62,918 bases of DNA, filler included, from Choristocarpus tenellus KU-1152 (GCA_964200185.2; 11 parts of 11 records of this genome joined end to end with filler, not necessarily neighbours in it); one strand, 5' to 3'; counted from the whole stretch's first letter, positions 50,653-62,918 are shown. Numbers and translations: made by a program. Notes: generated by a model not told the origin, from the letters alone.

Positions 50653-52348
50653 GATACCTAGAAATTTTTTCGAACACTTCTGCGCCTCTTTGGCACAACG
50701 TCAGCTGGAAAATGAACTTCAACAGGGTGTTCCAGGTTCTCCAGAGCTTGCATGCTACGAAAAAAGTCCCTCAGACTGCGGCAATAACTCCAGGATGTAT
50801 ATTGATGATCCCCAGAGTTTCCAATGTGCCAAACAAGATGATACAGTGGGCATCATAGAGATGTTGGGGGATGCTTCTAGCAATCTCAGGGGCCAAGGGT
50901 TTTCCAGTGATTTGGAAGCATTGCTTCTGAGTTCACCTCTACGAACAAATGTTGCTGCTGCAGAGCAGGAAATAAATTTGTGAGTGTGTGACAGTTGCTT
51001 CTTAATTTTCTTTATGTTCTGAGATCAGTTATCCCCACTCCCCTTGACTTGACCATCCGTTCTGTGACTATCAATTTGTATCCCTGCATGTTGTACTACT
51101 CCCTACACTGAGCCAAAGTAAACGAAAGGTACCTAGAGTTGCATCTAAGGGTGCTGACAAGTATGTTCAAAATTCAGCTATTTGTACATAATCGTATTGG
51201 AATTTTTTCTGAATTCTGTCGAAAGTTTTAAACGATAGAGAAATCAACGCTCTCACGTCAAACTTACTACATCAGTACAAATATTGGTGAATTACAAAGG
51301 TGAAAACACTCTCTTACTGAACAAAATGGTCAATACCTTGGTACCTCTCTCGTTTACTTTGACTCACATAAATTGTACACGGAAAGTACCACCATAAGTT
51401 GTAGATTGAAGGAATTTGTACATCACATCACAAGTATTTCTTGAAAATAACCCTTTCCTACCAAACTCAGTACCAGTCTATGCTGAGTGACAATCGTACC
51501 TTGTGCCTTCCATAATGACGTGACAGCAACGGCCAAATACAGAGCACTTTTCCTACATCGCCTTCTCACAGTTCTGCCTCCTCCTTCCTGTGATTACCTT
51601 AACAATAAACTAAATCTCTTTCCCACATCCCCTTTTTTCCTGAATCTCCCTCTGGCGCCTTCTCTCGGACAGTCCTACTACCTTTGAGATGTTGGGCAAC
51701 TTTGGTGCTCCACACAATGCTGGCACCAAGCGACAGTATTCCTTCTCCTATCCCCAGACCACAAGGGAGACTGTGGGTGTAGGTAATATAGTTGCCGTCT
51801 CCTCAACCAATGCACCTTCATTGCCCCCCTACCAACTGCCTCCTTCTGCTGATCGAGAGACCAAACTCCAACAGCACACCTTGAACTCACAGAATTCTAG
51901 GGGAGGCATTATCTCTACTGACTCTACCGGTAGCACCCTCCCCGGGGGCAAAGGTCATGGTCAATGGAATCCATCCATACCATCAAGTGCTTTCCCCTCA
52001 ACAATCGCTCAAGAGGCAGCAGCTGTAGTCAATCCTTTCCCGGAAGTAGACATGGGTCACTGGGAGAACGTAGAAGTTGGCGTTGAATTTGCCCCTGCAT
52101 TGTGTAACTATGGCGTGGGGAATCATGTGGTACCTGTAGGGATTAAAAAGAGCGGGGGAGGTTCCCAGACCTGGGGGGAGGTCAAATCTGTTAGCCGCAG
52201 TGGAGGAGAGAGGGGTGTAGGGTTCGGCATGTCGCAGCAAAAGTCACACAGTACCACTGCTTTGCATTGGGACAATGCTATTGCCAAGATCGCGGGAAGC
52301 ACTCCCCTTGGTTGGACTCACTATCATTCACTGGAAGGCTTTTCGTGA
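50653..52348 (+). CDS. Last two exons (50653-50979, 51673-52348) of an unknown low-complexity protein
   Basis: CAG|...IPRNFFEHFCASLAQRQ...TT|GTGAGT and CAG|T CCT... join in phase 2; long ORF to TGA at 52348. Confidence 0.6.
51110..51365. mobile_element. MITE family D, intronic
   Basis: GAGCCAAAGTAAACGAAAGGTACC...GGTACCTCTCTCGTTTACTTTGACTC. Confidence 0.85.
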
Positions 52349-54187
52349 TCCAGCAGATTTTCCTATTTTTTTATCAAGGAGTGGTGGAGCTATGCTTTGA
52401 TGTAAGTAATAAGTTATTGGAAGTCGAACATAGGGAAGAAGAGAGGAAACATGGTTGAACTCATTTGTTGAAGTCTATTGCATAGCAAAAATTAAGAAAA
52501 TAGTACTCTGGAGTGTTAGTGTGAAAAATTGTAGTTTCAATTGTCCCTCTACCTGTAACGCTAATGTGATCAATATACATACATCGCATCTAATTAGGGG
52601 TAGGTCTTCACACCAGAACAAAAAGCATTCTGTGTTACAGCACCTGGCTGACTATTTTACTGACAAGAAGACAATACAGGGTGAAGCATTGCATATTTCC
52701 CCCCAAAATGGTTGTGATTGACTTGGCTTTATACCCCTAACTGTGAATTAGTGATAAACAAGTGGGGGAACCAAATTTTTTCTGTGAGAGCCCTCCCTAC
52801 TAGCATGAGTAATATGCGTGAAAGGTAGAGAAGTGTATTGTGTTGTGTGTTTCTGGGATGTGATCAAGTAATTTTTGCTGAGATATTCGGATATCACCTT
52901 TGGTGAGGAATATTACGGTTGTATTTTAGCGCCAATTTAAAGATATATTCTTGGTCATCTACATGTGAGTGTTTAAGCCCTCTGGAATTGATTCCCCCAC
53001 TACATCAGTTAGGGGACTATTAACCTGTCGGATCAAACTAAGGGATCAAGTATATAAAAAAATGGGGGGCTTCTTTGCGTACTTCAGCATTCAAAGAAAC
53101 AACGATGTAATTTCGTCCCATGTTGTAACGTAGGAATGTGTTTTAAAGAATGTCAAGGCGCAAAATGAAATACCTCTGTGTGATGGATGGGACATTTGCT
53201 ACGATATCGTGCATTGTTATGCGTGGGATTTCGAAAAGCAGCAGGCGGAATGAGGAATATGTGAAACACTCACCAACACGAAACACTTCTCGAATCATCT
53301 CAAGAAAGACATGGTAAGTCCAGAGCGCTCCTTAATACATGGAGTATGGAGACAAGCAAAACAAGAACAGACAGGGAAGCCAGTTGATGCCCTCAATATT
53401 CATTCATCCACACCCATGATTACTAGAAAATTTATTGCCAGGCGAGCAGGAGATTATATTTACATGTATCAATCCATGAGAAGAAAAGACTATAATCATC
53501 CTCATAGTCCTGAATTAGCCTCTTTCCCTGGTCAACACTCAAGTACTTCCTCTAGGAGATCCACGAAATCCTCCCTAGTCTTTGACTCATTAACAGGTAC
53601 TTGAATACATCACATGGTGGCCTTCCCAAAACCCAAACACATACCCTCATTTGGTTTGCTATACATCGCTTTTCATTGCCTGGTCTCGACAATGATGGTA
53701 TCGCCTTGAAAAAATCTCACTCTCTAAACAGACTGAAAACCCATTTCAAAGTCTTTGATACATTGCTACTGAGAATCACAGTCCCTTCCAGCCTAAACTA
53801 CATGTTTCACAACGAAAAGCCCACAATAGTGTTCTGAAGTAGTGGCATTTATGGGCCCAGTATAGTGCATGACCAGAGACGGCAATCATCCCAAAAAGTA
53901 GCATACCAGTTGGATATAAGAATGCATAAAAATTAATGCTCAAACCTCCCCAGCCTATGTGTTTCAGTGCCAGTATAACCCACTTTGAATCGACAATGTG
54001 GCAGGTTTGGTGCTTAAGAAAGAAGGCAGGCGTTGATGTCGGAAAGGATGGCTAAACTTATCATAGGACCACACTTACCTTGTACTATCCGCTTATCATC
54101 ATATCATAGAATATTAGGTATATACTTTGACCCAAAGTATCTGGGAGGGGGGGGGGGGGGGGGGTTATAATGGGGGGGCCGTTCGGC

Positions 54188-54287
54188 NNNNNNNNNNNNN
54201 NNNNNNNNNNNNNNNNNNNNNNNNNNNNNNNTTAATTAATTAANNNNNNNNNNNNNNNNNNNNNNNNNNNNNNNNNNNNNNNNNNNN
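54188..54287. other. Artificial contig linker
   Basis: N44-TTAATTAATTAA-N44. Confidence 0.98.
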
Positions 54288-55024
54288 AAAAGAAGGAAGA
54301 AGGGGAGGGGGGGGGGGGGGGGGGGGGGCGGGGGGGGGTAAGCTGAGAGAAATGAAATGGCAACACAATCGAAGACCAATAATGGGGAGACTGTGAAGTG
54401 CTACACAGCCAGTAGACAGAAACGAAAATAAACATCAGATCCTCTCTTACTGCAGGGAGGAGGGGATAAACAACCTGTTGCCTTTGTTAAGACCTGTCTA
54501 TATCTACAGGGTTTGCCATGGTGTATAAAGCTGACATACAAGTTTGCCGTTGTTCTACTAGCACCATTAAACACCATGAAGTTCAAACCCTAACATTCGA
54601 AAGTGCAAGCTTCTGAACAGAAAGAGATCTTTCTTTAAGGAAACAAATACAGCGACAAGTGGGTGGGGAGAAGCAAGTCAACGTCTGGCAGTTATATATG
54701 AGCAGAAGCTGGTAAGAAAACTGGAATATAGGCCAACAAAAAAAGTGAGGACATTTAAGCTAGGAGAAGTTATATCCCACCTAGCAGTGAATCTTAGTGT
54801 TGGGTAGAGGGAATCAGAATCGGAACCTCTAATATACAACTGGAAAACGCAGACGTATAGGTGCACCAGGAAATACCACCAATATTCTGTACATGACTGA
54901 CCTCTCTGCTCCTTTAAAGTACATTATTTCAATTCTTGAATGTACTACTTAGTATAACCCCAACCTGATGTCCTTACCCTAAAATAGTCCCTACTTTAAG
55001 TCGTCTCAGGAGTTATGTTCACAC

Positions 55025-55231
55025 CTGTGGGTCAAGTCGGGGACCACATGAGACCCTAGCAAGGTACCCATATGTGAGGTAGACAAACCCCCACGGGAAG
55101 GAGCACCAGACTGTCAGCACCATTGCAATCAACACAACTATGGAGACTAAGCAATTGTGTAGACGGCTGTCAGCGGAATTCACAGGCGATGGGAAGGTGA
55201 AGAACTGTTGGAATGTGAGTCCCTTGCCCAC
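55025..55231 (-). CDS. Exon encoding a DUF4395-like membrane domain
   Basis: CAG|...FFTFPSPVNSADSRL...W...LTYGYLARVSCGPRLDPQ|GTGTGA, 207 nt, phase 0/0. Resembles the DUF4395 pattern F.FP.PVN...R....YGF.ARV..GP.L.P. Confidence 0.65.
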
Positions 55232-55918
55232 CTGCACGACTCGTCAAACAAGATGTAATCATCACCAAAAGGGATGACAGAGATGGAGCATACTCAATAA
55301 AGAGGAACATTAAGGGAACAGATGATAGATGAGGTAGAGATAGGAAACTTTGAAATAATTCAGTTCATTCTGATTGCGTTGTAGTATGGAGTATTACTCG
55401 ACAAAAAAAAGAAAAAAAAGGAAACGTGTAAATGAGAAAGAGAAGGGGGGGGGGGGAGAAATTCCCAACGACACCCTTAGAAATGGGACATCCATGTGCA
55501 ACTTAGCTAAACACCTCGGGTACGATGGTATGCTCTGTTAGAACTCTATTACTCCTAGCACAAAAACAAGGTCAAACCACCTCCAGCACAACTCAGTGTG
55601 CCTGCCCGAGAGGGGATTAGAGGAGAGAAATCGCATGTTGGGTACAGGAGAAACCTACTTACCAGTGCACCTAAACATGAAGTCAAAACACGCAGTGAGC
55701 ACTTCATTTATACACATAATTGTTTTATGCCCACTGACGCTTAGCAAGATGTCAGAGCGGAGATGAAGGCAGCACACTTTCCTAAGTCTAGCATACACTA
55801 TGTGCACCCTTGAAGACCACAAAGAGGAACACGAACCACTCTTGGGAAACGTAAGACCTGTTTTTGCTATACCCTTGTCTAGTTCCCTGTTGAGTCTTTT
55901 GGTGCACTGTCTACACGA

Positions 55919-56179
55919 GAGCCAAAGTATCTTGGAGGGTAGAGTCGCGTCTATTTGGGGCCTAAATCCAATGTTGTGAGATTTTGATGTAATTTTTGCT
56001 ATCGTATTTGTTAGGAAGTGTCAATATCCTTGTTCCGGACAAACCTTTTCATAACGTACACATTTTACCTACTCTGAAATATTTCGGAGTAGGAAAATGT
56101 CATAAAAAAACTCCGAGGGAAGTCAAGCCTCAAATGGACAAACAGGGCAAAACTCCTACCCTCTAAGATTCTTTCACTC
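55919..56179. mobile_element. MITE family A, 4-bp TSD ACGA
   Basis: ACGA|GAGCCAAAGTATCTTGGAGGGTA...CCCTCTAAGATTCTTTCACTC|ACGA. Confidence 0.92.
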
Positions 56180-56418
56180 ACGAGGTTCCCAGCTCCAACA
56201 GGTGTGGATTGACCATTTATTTGTGTGGAGCTGACCGAGAGAGCAGATTGATATGGCAAACAAAGGTCTTACCAGTAAGCTGATTAGCAGGCTTCCACCA
56301 ATCTTTAGTCGTTCATCGTACAGAAACGCTCTCCTGTAGTAGTATAACTCATATGCCTGACAAAACCGACTTCGTATCTTCATATGAGTCACCAACCTCG
56401 CCTTGAGAGCTGATTGCT

Positions 56419-56674
56419 GAGTGAAAGTATCTTAGAGGGTACGAGTTTTGTACTGTTTGTCCGTTTGGGGCTTGGCTTCCCATGGGTTTCTGATGACATT
56501 TTACCTACTCCTAAATGTTCTGAAAGGTAAAATGTGTACCTTACGAAAAGGTGTGTCCGGAACAAGGATATTGACACTTCCTAACAAACACGATAGCCAA
56601 AATTACATCAAAATCACAACATTGGAATTTGAACCCCAAACGGACGAGGCTCACCCTCTAAGATCATTTGACTA
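56419..56674. mobile_element. MITE family A (reverse)
   Basis: GAGTGAAAGTATCTTAGAGGGTACG...CCCTCTAAGATCATTTGACT. Confidence 0.88.
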
Positions 56675-57204
56675 TGGGCCATACTACATAACTTAACTTT
56701 ATTGTCTTGATTTATGTTTTTCTCACACTCACTACTATTTTCATCACCGTTCACCAATCATTCCTGTTCAAACCTGCAATCAGAGGAAACAACACAAAAA
56801 CAATGGAAAAACTGGAAAAATCAAAATTGCACAATTAATAAAGACCCAACAATTACATGTCCCTACCAGTTCCACAAGACTCCAGATCCAGTCCTCACAC
56901 CATGGTCCAACTACTAGAAAAAACAGACCAATGGAGTATCCATTCGCTCAAGCACAACCAGGATACACCATGAAGTCACTGTGTAGGCAGCACATTCATA
57001 TGGTATGGAAGGCGTCGCAGGCAGATTACTGAACTGGTACAGCTTGATATACTATTGTTCAAGTAGATCTTTTTGACAAAAGGAATTATAGTAGAAAAGA
57101 TCAGGGCTTTTAATCTGTCCGGGCAGATAACATGGTCTGAGTTAGTGACATGACTGTGGTCCAGTCCTGTCCCAGATGTTGAAACAGTTGGTAGTCATCG
57201 ACTG

Positions 57205-57477
57205 GACCCAAAGGATTTAAGAGGGTAGGAGTTTTGCCCTGTTTGTACGTTCAGGGCTTGACTTTCCACCAGTTTCCCGATTTTTGTATGCCTTTTTCGG
57301 TTTTCGAAACATTTCGGACGGAGTAAGTAAAATGTTCATGACTATGAAAGGTGTGTCTGGAATAAGGATATTGACACACCTTCAAATAAACACGATGACC
57401 AAAATGACATCAAAATCGCAACATTGGATTTTGAACCCCAAACGGACGCGGCCCTATCCCCTAAAATACTTTGATTC
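57205..57477. mobile_element. MITE family A (reverse, diverged)
   Basis: Internal AAGGATATTGACAC...AAAATCGCAACATTGGATTTTG; ends AAATACTTTGATTC. Confidence 0.8.
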
Positions 57478-57709
57478 AACGGATTGTTTAAATGCCTCCT
57501 CTGTTCGGTATTATACATAACATAACTTTTCCTGGTTCAATGGTGAAGTAAGATTTTTTTCGTATGTTCAAAATTATGGGTACATTATGAAGACACTAAA
57601 GGTTGCCCGCCAAAATCTCAAGCAAAATGAGACTATCAGCACCTACCAATCATTCCACCCCTAAAGCCCTCCAAAACTCCATTCCAGCACAGTGATTGCC
57701 AGGATAACA

Positions 57710-58440
57710 TCCTTAATCATGAGCTTCTTGTACCTCTCCCCGTCTACCGTGGCTGGCACAAGCACCTTGGTACCCTTGGGTTTATGTTTGCTGGAGCGGT
57801 GAGCAAACTTAGTGTCCATGATTGGCCAGATGCCAATTTCCCATCAAACCAAACCCCATTAGAGAGCTCCAAGGCCAGGCCACAGTTGCATGGAATATCC
57901 CCTTTGTAATGTAACGCTAGTTCTGTGCCCGCAGGGGTTTGGGGAGGTCCTCAGTAGGGTGCAGGCGCACACCTTGCCCATCTTTGAGAGCGTAAAACCA
58001 AATCTCGTCCACATGCACCCAGTCATAAAGATTGTCCACTATTACCCCACTTGCCCCCCTCCTATGCGTGTGGCTGATGACGAAACCCACCTTGTTGACT
58101 TTCTGCTGGTTTGAGAGGACGGGCTTAATCCACCCCTTGACCTTCTTCACCTTCTCGCACTTGCACTGATCCCACAATGAGGCAAGGGAGATCCCACCTT
58201 CGACCGCTCATTTGTGGAAGGATGTGCAGTGTACCGATGGGACATCCTAAACGTCAAGGATACTTGTACAGCGGCCATATCACCCCTTGCGACGTCGTAC
58301 AAGGTCCATGCATTCACCCCATGCGATCTAGCTACCATACTCCTTCAGATGAAGGAATACTGTTATTTGGGAAGTTTTGAAGTCCTCCGCAATGGCTACT
58401 GCCGTCCCCCAAGACATCCAGCTTTCCCGCCCTCTCACCT
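57710..58440 (-). pseudogene. Degenerate mariner (DD39D-style) transposase, N-terminal/central part
   Basis: WIKPVLSNQQKVNKVGFV...LYDWVHVDEIWFY carries the first catalytic D (VHVDEKWF type). 57720-57800 is clearly homologous to 61110-61190. Confidence 0.85.
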
Positions 58441-59755
58441 CCAGGAATTACACCACTACTCTGTTTTTCATTGAGATGTTATTGTCCTCAACCCAGAGAC
58501 AGACTTCTGGGGCAAAGAATTGGGACCGACGGCCGAGGACAGGATGAACAAGAGCTGCTCGAATAACGGGGGGCTTTCATCCTGGGTATCCCAATAAACT
58601 TCCACTTTGGCAGATCACAAGGTTTTTGAACCCCATCAAAGGTGAATTTGGTTGAATTTGCACTGGTGATCCTCCACAGCCATGACCGTCCACCATCTCA
58701 ACCTTCGCACGCCTCCCAATCTATAAGAGAACTGAGCTTCGTCTGAAGAGTTTATCATGTGGGTCATTCCTGGGCAAGGAGAGACCTTGCAAATTTATGA
58801 TATATTTAATTCCGAACGGAAAAAGTATATCTTGTACGGGGTCGCTGTGTGACCTGGCAATATTGAAACAATTTTAATGGTCATGGACAAAGGGTGCTTT
58901 TTACCCTTTCGACCTGGTCAGCATGATTCAGACTAACCTGGTAAATAATTATCCCCAAAAATATGTTTTTTATTCAACTACATACGGGAATATATGTGAA
59001 TTATTACATATTTTATCCATAGTAGGAATTGGACATGCCACGACAGGTGCCATGTTTATACACAACTCAGAATGGTTTGTTCTCTACATTGTGACTTGCA
59101 GTCAGTGCAGGTTGGCCAGGGTATAATATCCAAAGACAGTCCTGTCAAAACATATCTGAAAATATTGAGACATTTCCGGTTCTTGGATCAGGTTATACTT
59201 GGTGGACCTGGTGTGAACATGTTAGAAAAGCTTGGAATTGATCCAGCCACGGATTGATCTATTCACAGTTTATCGCCTGATATTTGTAGTACAGTAGTAT
59301 TACTTATTATTATTCGCATCACTCTGATGTGTCCAAATCTATTTTCAAAGGGTAGACAACCGAGGGCAACAAACACTGCTAAGAGATATATGCCTTAATA
59401 TCGGACTGGCACTACATGGTGAGGTAACAGATTCGGGGGATATATTCATTTACAGGACTAGTCCAAGACCATCAGAGGATATACACAGAGTGGACCAAGG
59501 TCCGGTCTAAATATGTGGTTAACAGGGCCAGTCATTGAGATTGTTTAACCTCATCAGGGAAGATATGTGAAACTTCCAGACCGTTGAGGAGTGAAACTAG
59601 ATAAGGCCTTGACCTAGTCCTGTTTGCAACATACTGTAATGCGCATGGTCCACAAGTACGAATCGGACGGACTTTCAGCATGTGCTTTTGATAATGTGTA
59701 CTCTGAGAGAACGTTCAGTTTAGCATACTGGGAGGGGTTGGCGGCTGTCCATTTG

Positions 59756-59855
59756 NNNNNNNNNNNNNNNNNNNNNNNNNNNNNNNNNNNNNNNNNNNNT
59801 TAATTAATTAANNNNNNNNNNNNNNNNNNNNNNNNNNNNNNNNNNNNNNNNNNNN
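59756..59855. other. Artificial contig linker, with family-B MITE fragments at both adjoining ends
   Basis: N44-TTAATTAATTAA-N44. Confidence 0.97.
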
Positions 59856-60929
59856 GTAGACCCCCCCCCCCCCTCCCAGATACTTTGGGTCAAATGATCT
59901 TCAGATATATATTGCTGAACATAAATGTGCAATGGTAACAAACGATAATTTCCAATGTATTATAGTGCCCCAAACAGTCAAAATTATGCATTTCGGTCGA
60001 TTTTGGGGGAACTATATGCACCAGAAAATACTGATGAAAATGTTGAACACAATTTTTTTTTGTAATAAACTTGTTTGTCACAAGGTCTCCCAGAACTCCA
60101 AAGGTCTTACATTAACGCAAAAAAATACGTTGCTCCTGAAAGAATGGTCTTTTCTTCATATCCTGGACATATTGGAATCTCACCCCTTTTCCTTTTTCCA
60201 CCTACCGACAAGATTGTTGAAAACCTGAATTGGAATGAATTGTGCTTTCTCGTGCAGTGAAAGATTTGTGACGAAGGGGTGTCATAGTGCAGTAAAACAC
60301 CAGTGAATTTGCTCTGGTGAACCTGATGACCTGCTTTGCTCAGTCAGGTGATGTTTGATATGAAATGGAGGTTATTCCTTGGGACACTCAAAGGAAGGAA
60401 TGCATGCTCTGAGTTGAGGCTTGTCAAATTGAAGAAGGGTTTCTGAGGATGTTTTAACTCTGAATATATTGCACCCAGGTGTGTATCAGATACACTTAAT
60501 GCAGAGGGGGATGGATGTCTTAGGTGGGTGTAATGCCAGCCACAAAAAAAAATCTACATATGATATCCAACTGATACATATGACTTCTGATGTGAAGAAG
60601 AAAAAAAACAAAGAAACAAAGTTGAATCAATGTATGAGGGAACTCATATGACACATATTTTGCTTGTATGTTTGATAGGTAGCGACGGTTCTATGCTGCC
60701 CATGTAACATGATGTTTCAACAGTAATTGATGATGTTGTGAGGACGAGCTAATGATGTAAGTAGGAGTAACGACCAGTACCAATGGGCAAATCAACAGTC
60801 AGTATGAACGGGTGATACTGTATCGTATCAAGAACTAAACAGGTGAGTAGCCTATGTCTTAACAAAGACTTGGATAAGCATAAGTCAATACGTGCCACAG
60901 ATTGTGGGGTTAGGAGTACTTATCAAGAG

Positions 60930-61680
60930 ATGGCCAAGGTATGTACCTGCGCCCCACTGGGGAACCCCCCAAATCCCCACGGGAACAAAATTAGTGTTAT
61001 ATTACGGAGGTGATGTTCCTTGCAGCTGTGGCCCGCCCTAGGAAGCTATCCGACAGGATGTGGTTCGAAAATCGGGATCTGCCTGATTGTGGACACTGAG
61101 GTCCCTCAGCGCTCCAGCAAACACCGTCCCAAGGGCACCAAGGTGCTTGTGCTAGCCACGGTAAACGGGGAGAGGTATAAGAAACTCATGATCGACGATA
61201 TTACCACCGTATTCAAGGCCCACATGCCTAGGTCGGAGGGACACACCATCTTCGCACCAGGAAGGGGCAAAGCCACACACCAGGGGGGGATCATGGAGGC
61301 AATCGAGGAGGTGGCAGACGACGACATTGTCATAGAGACCCCACCAGTCAGCACACCTGATCTCAACGTCTACGACCTAGGATTCTTTCTTTCCGTCCAT
61401 CACCTGAAGGAAGACGTGGGGGTGATTAGCACAAAGAAGTTGTTGGAGGCCATAATGGAGGCATTCGATGTGTACCCCCAGGAGACACTAGAGTACGCCT
61501 GGCAGGGCCTCTTCCCAGTCTACAGTTAAGTGCTGGGGTCCAAGGGTGACAATTCCTTCAAAATTCCCCATCTTAGCAAGGAAAGGGCTGAGAAGACGGA
61601 CAAGCTCCCCCCAAATGCCCTGGTGGATGTGGCGGAATACTGTGCTCGAATGGACTTTTGGAGGGCTTCGACGGCGGAAT
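60930..61680 (+). pseudogene. Degenerate mariner (DD39D-style) transposase, catalytic/C-terminal part
   Basis: VMFLAAVARPR...KIGI...QRSSKHRPKGT...TPDLNVYDLGFF...KGDNSFKIPH, with frameshifts and a TAA at 61527-61529. Confidence 0.9.
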
Positions 61681-61951
61681 CACTGACAGGTGTAGGCTAC
61701 CCCATTTTGCTTGAGATTTTGGTGGGCAACCATTTAGTGTCTGCGCAATACACACCGATAAGATATGAACATGTGAAAAAATTGTTGCTTCTTCATCAGG
61801 GCTGGAAACGTTTGTTACATTTAATTCCGAACGGATGAAATACTATTTTCCATGCTGTCAATGTTTGAGGCACCATTGCTGCTTCTGGACTTGTTCGAGA
61901 GGATGCTGTGCTAGGACATCGTGGTGTAGACAAGCAATGGATGATGATAAA

Positions 61952-62032
61952 GTGTGTTTGTGTGTGTGTGTGTTTGTGTGTTTGTGTGTTTGTGTGTCTG
62001 TGTGTGTGTGTCTGTCTGTCTGTCTGTGTGCG
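61952..62032. repeat. (TG)n-type compound microsatellite
   Basis: Visible directly. Confidence 0.9.
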
Positions 62033-62589
62033 TGTTAGTGTTGTTATTGTTGTTCTTACTGACCTCTCGTAATCACAATCCATTTGTTGTACCCTTAGAG
62101 AGACAACCCCTAAACTACAAAAAAAACACGATTACACCCCCCCCGTTCCCTACCTTGTGTTATAAGGGAAAGTTTATGAAGTAATCTAAGTTTGTGGGCG
62201 GAAGAAATCTGGTAGGAATGTGGGTCAAGAAAGGGGGGGGACAGGAAAGAAAAAAAAATAGCAAGAGGGAGAACGAAGAGTTTAGTACTGAGTGGTTAAG
62301 AGAGGTAGGAGAGAAGTTAAAGAAATGTGAGGTAGGTGAAGGCAGAAGGTAAGAAGGAATGGACAGTATTGAAAAGAAAACCTAGGGCTGGTGTGGCAGG
62401 ACGAGGAGGGCTAGAAAAAGACGACCCCCGAGCAAGCTTTCTTGCCCACCCAACCTGTCACTTGCTCACGACCGACTGGGATGCTGGGGAGAGGGAGGGG
62501 AGATCAAGTTCGGGCGGGGTAGATGTCTTCTTGCTCAAAGGCACGGTATGAAGAGGATGATAAAGGGGTGCCCTTAGATGATTGAAGAG

Positions 62590-62730
62590 TGGTGATGAGT
62601 GGTGTGGGGTTGAGTGGTTTTGGATGGTGTGGTGGAGTGGTAAGTGGGGTGGGGTTGAGTGGAATGGTAAGTGGTGTGGGGTTGACTGAGGTGGTAAGTG
62701 GTGTGGGATTGAGTGGGGTTGAAGGGTGTG
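62590..62730. repeat. GT-rich ~30-bp minisatellite (GGTAAGTGGTGTGGGGTTGAGTGG)
   Basis: Three to four diverged copies. Confidence 0.7.
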
Positions 62731-62735
62731 GTGGT

Positions 62736-62918
62736 GACTGGAAATCAGTGGCGAAAGGGGTCGCAATGGTTGATCATCTGATAGGGGGGGTGACTGGAAA
62801 TCAGTGGCGAAGGGGGGTCGCACTGGTTGGTCTTCGGATGTGGGGAGTGACTGGAAATCTGTGGCGAAGGGGGGTCGCACTGGTTGGTCATCAGATCTGG
62901 GAGTTGACTGAAAATCAG
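62736..62918. repeat. ~57-bp tandem repeat, 3+ copies running off the window end
   Basis: GACTGGAAATC(A/T)GTGGCGAAGGGGGGTCGCA at 62736, 62792, 62849 and 62906. Confidence 0.92.

Overview
This is eukaryotic, intron-rich nuclear DNA. It is most consistent with a photosynthetic stramenopile such as a brown alga, given an ASAFAP-type plastid-targeting motif, GT-AG introns and TTAGGG tracts. The window is not contiguous: ten artificial 100-nt linkers (N44-TTAATTAATTAA-N44) join eleven short contigs, so gene neighbourhood only means something within a contig. Host gene fragments: Sec7/BIG ARF-GEF C-terminus, an HSP70 ending after the ATPase domain, SART1/Snu66, a small COX7c-like membrane peptide, a RING-H2 E3 ligase, a possible Bdp1-like N-terminus, a bacterial-type glycyl-tRNA synthetase, a 7-exon plastid-targeted ABCF, a DUF4395-like exon and one unknown gene. 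Mobile DNA: three plant/oomycete-type mariner remnants and at least four related MITE families. The MITEs share a G(A/G)(G/C)YCAAA terminal core, show both 3-bp and 4-bp target duplications, and include nested insertions. The best candidate novel system is on contig 19226-27013. There an intron-containing gene with an N-terminal ParB/Sulfiredoxin-like domain sits head-to-head with a Cys-rich Sola-like transposase N-terminus, separated by ~207-bp and ~271-bp tandem repeats carrying a perfect 20-bp palindrome. This may be a cargo-carrying DNA transposon. All family assignments come from motif recognition by eye, not database searches.
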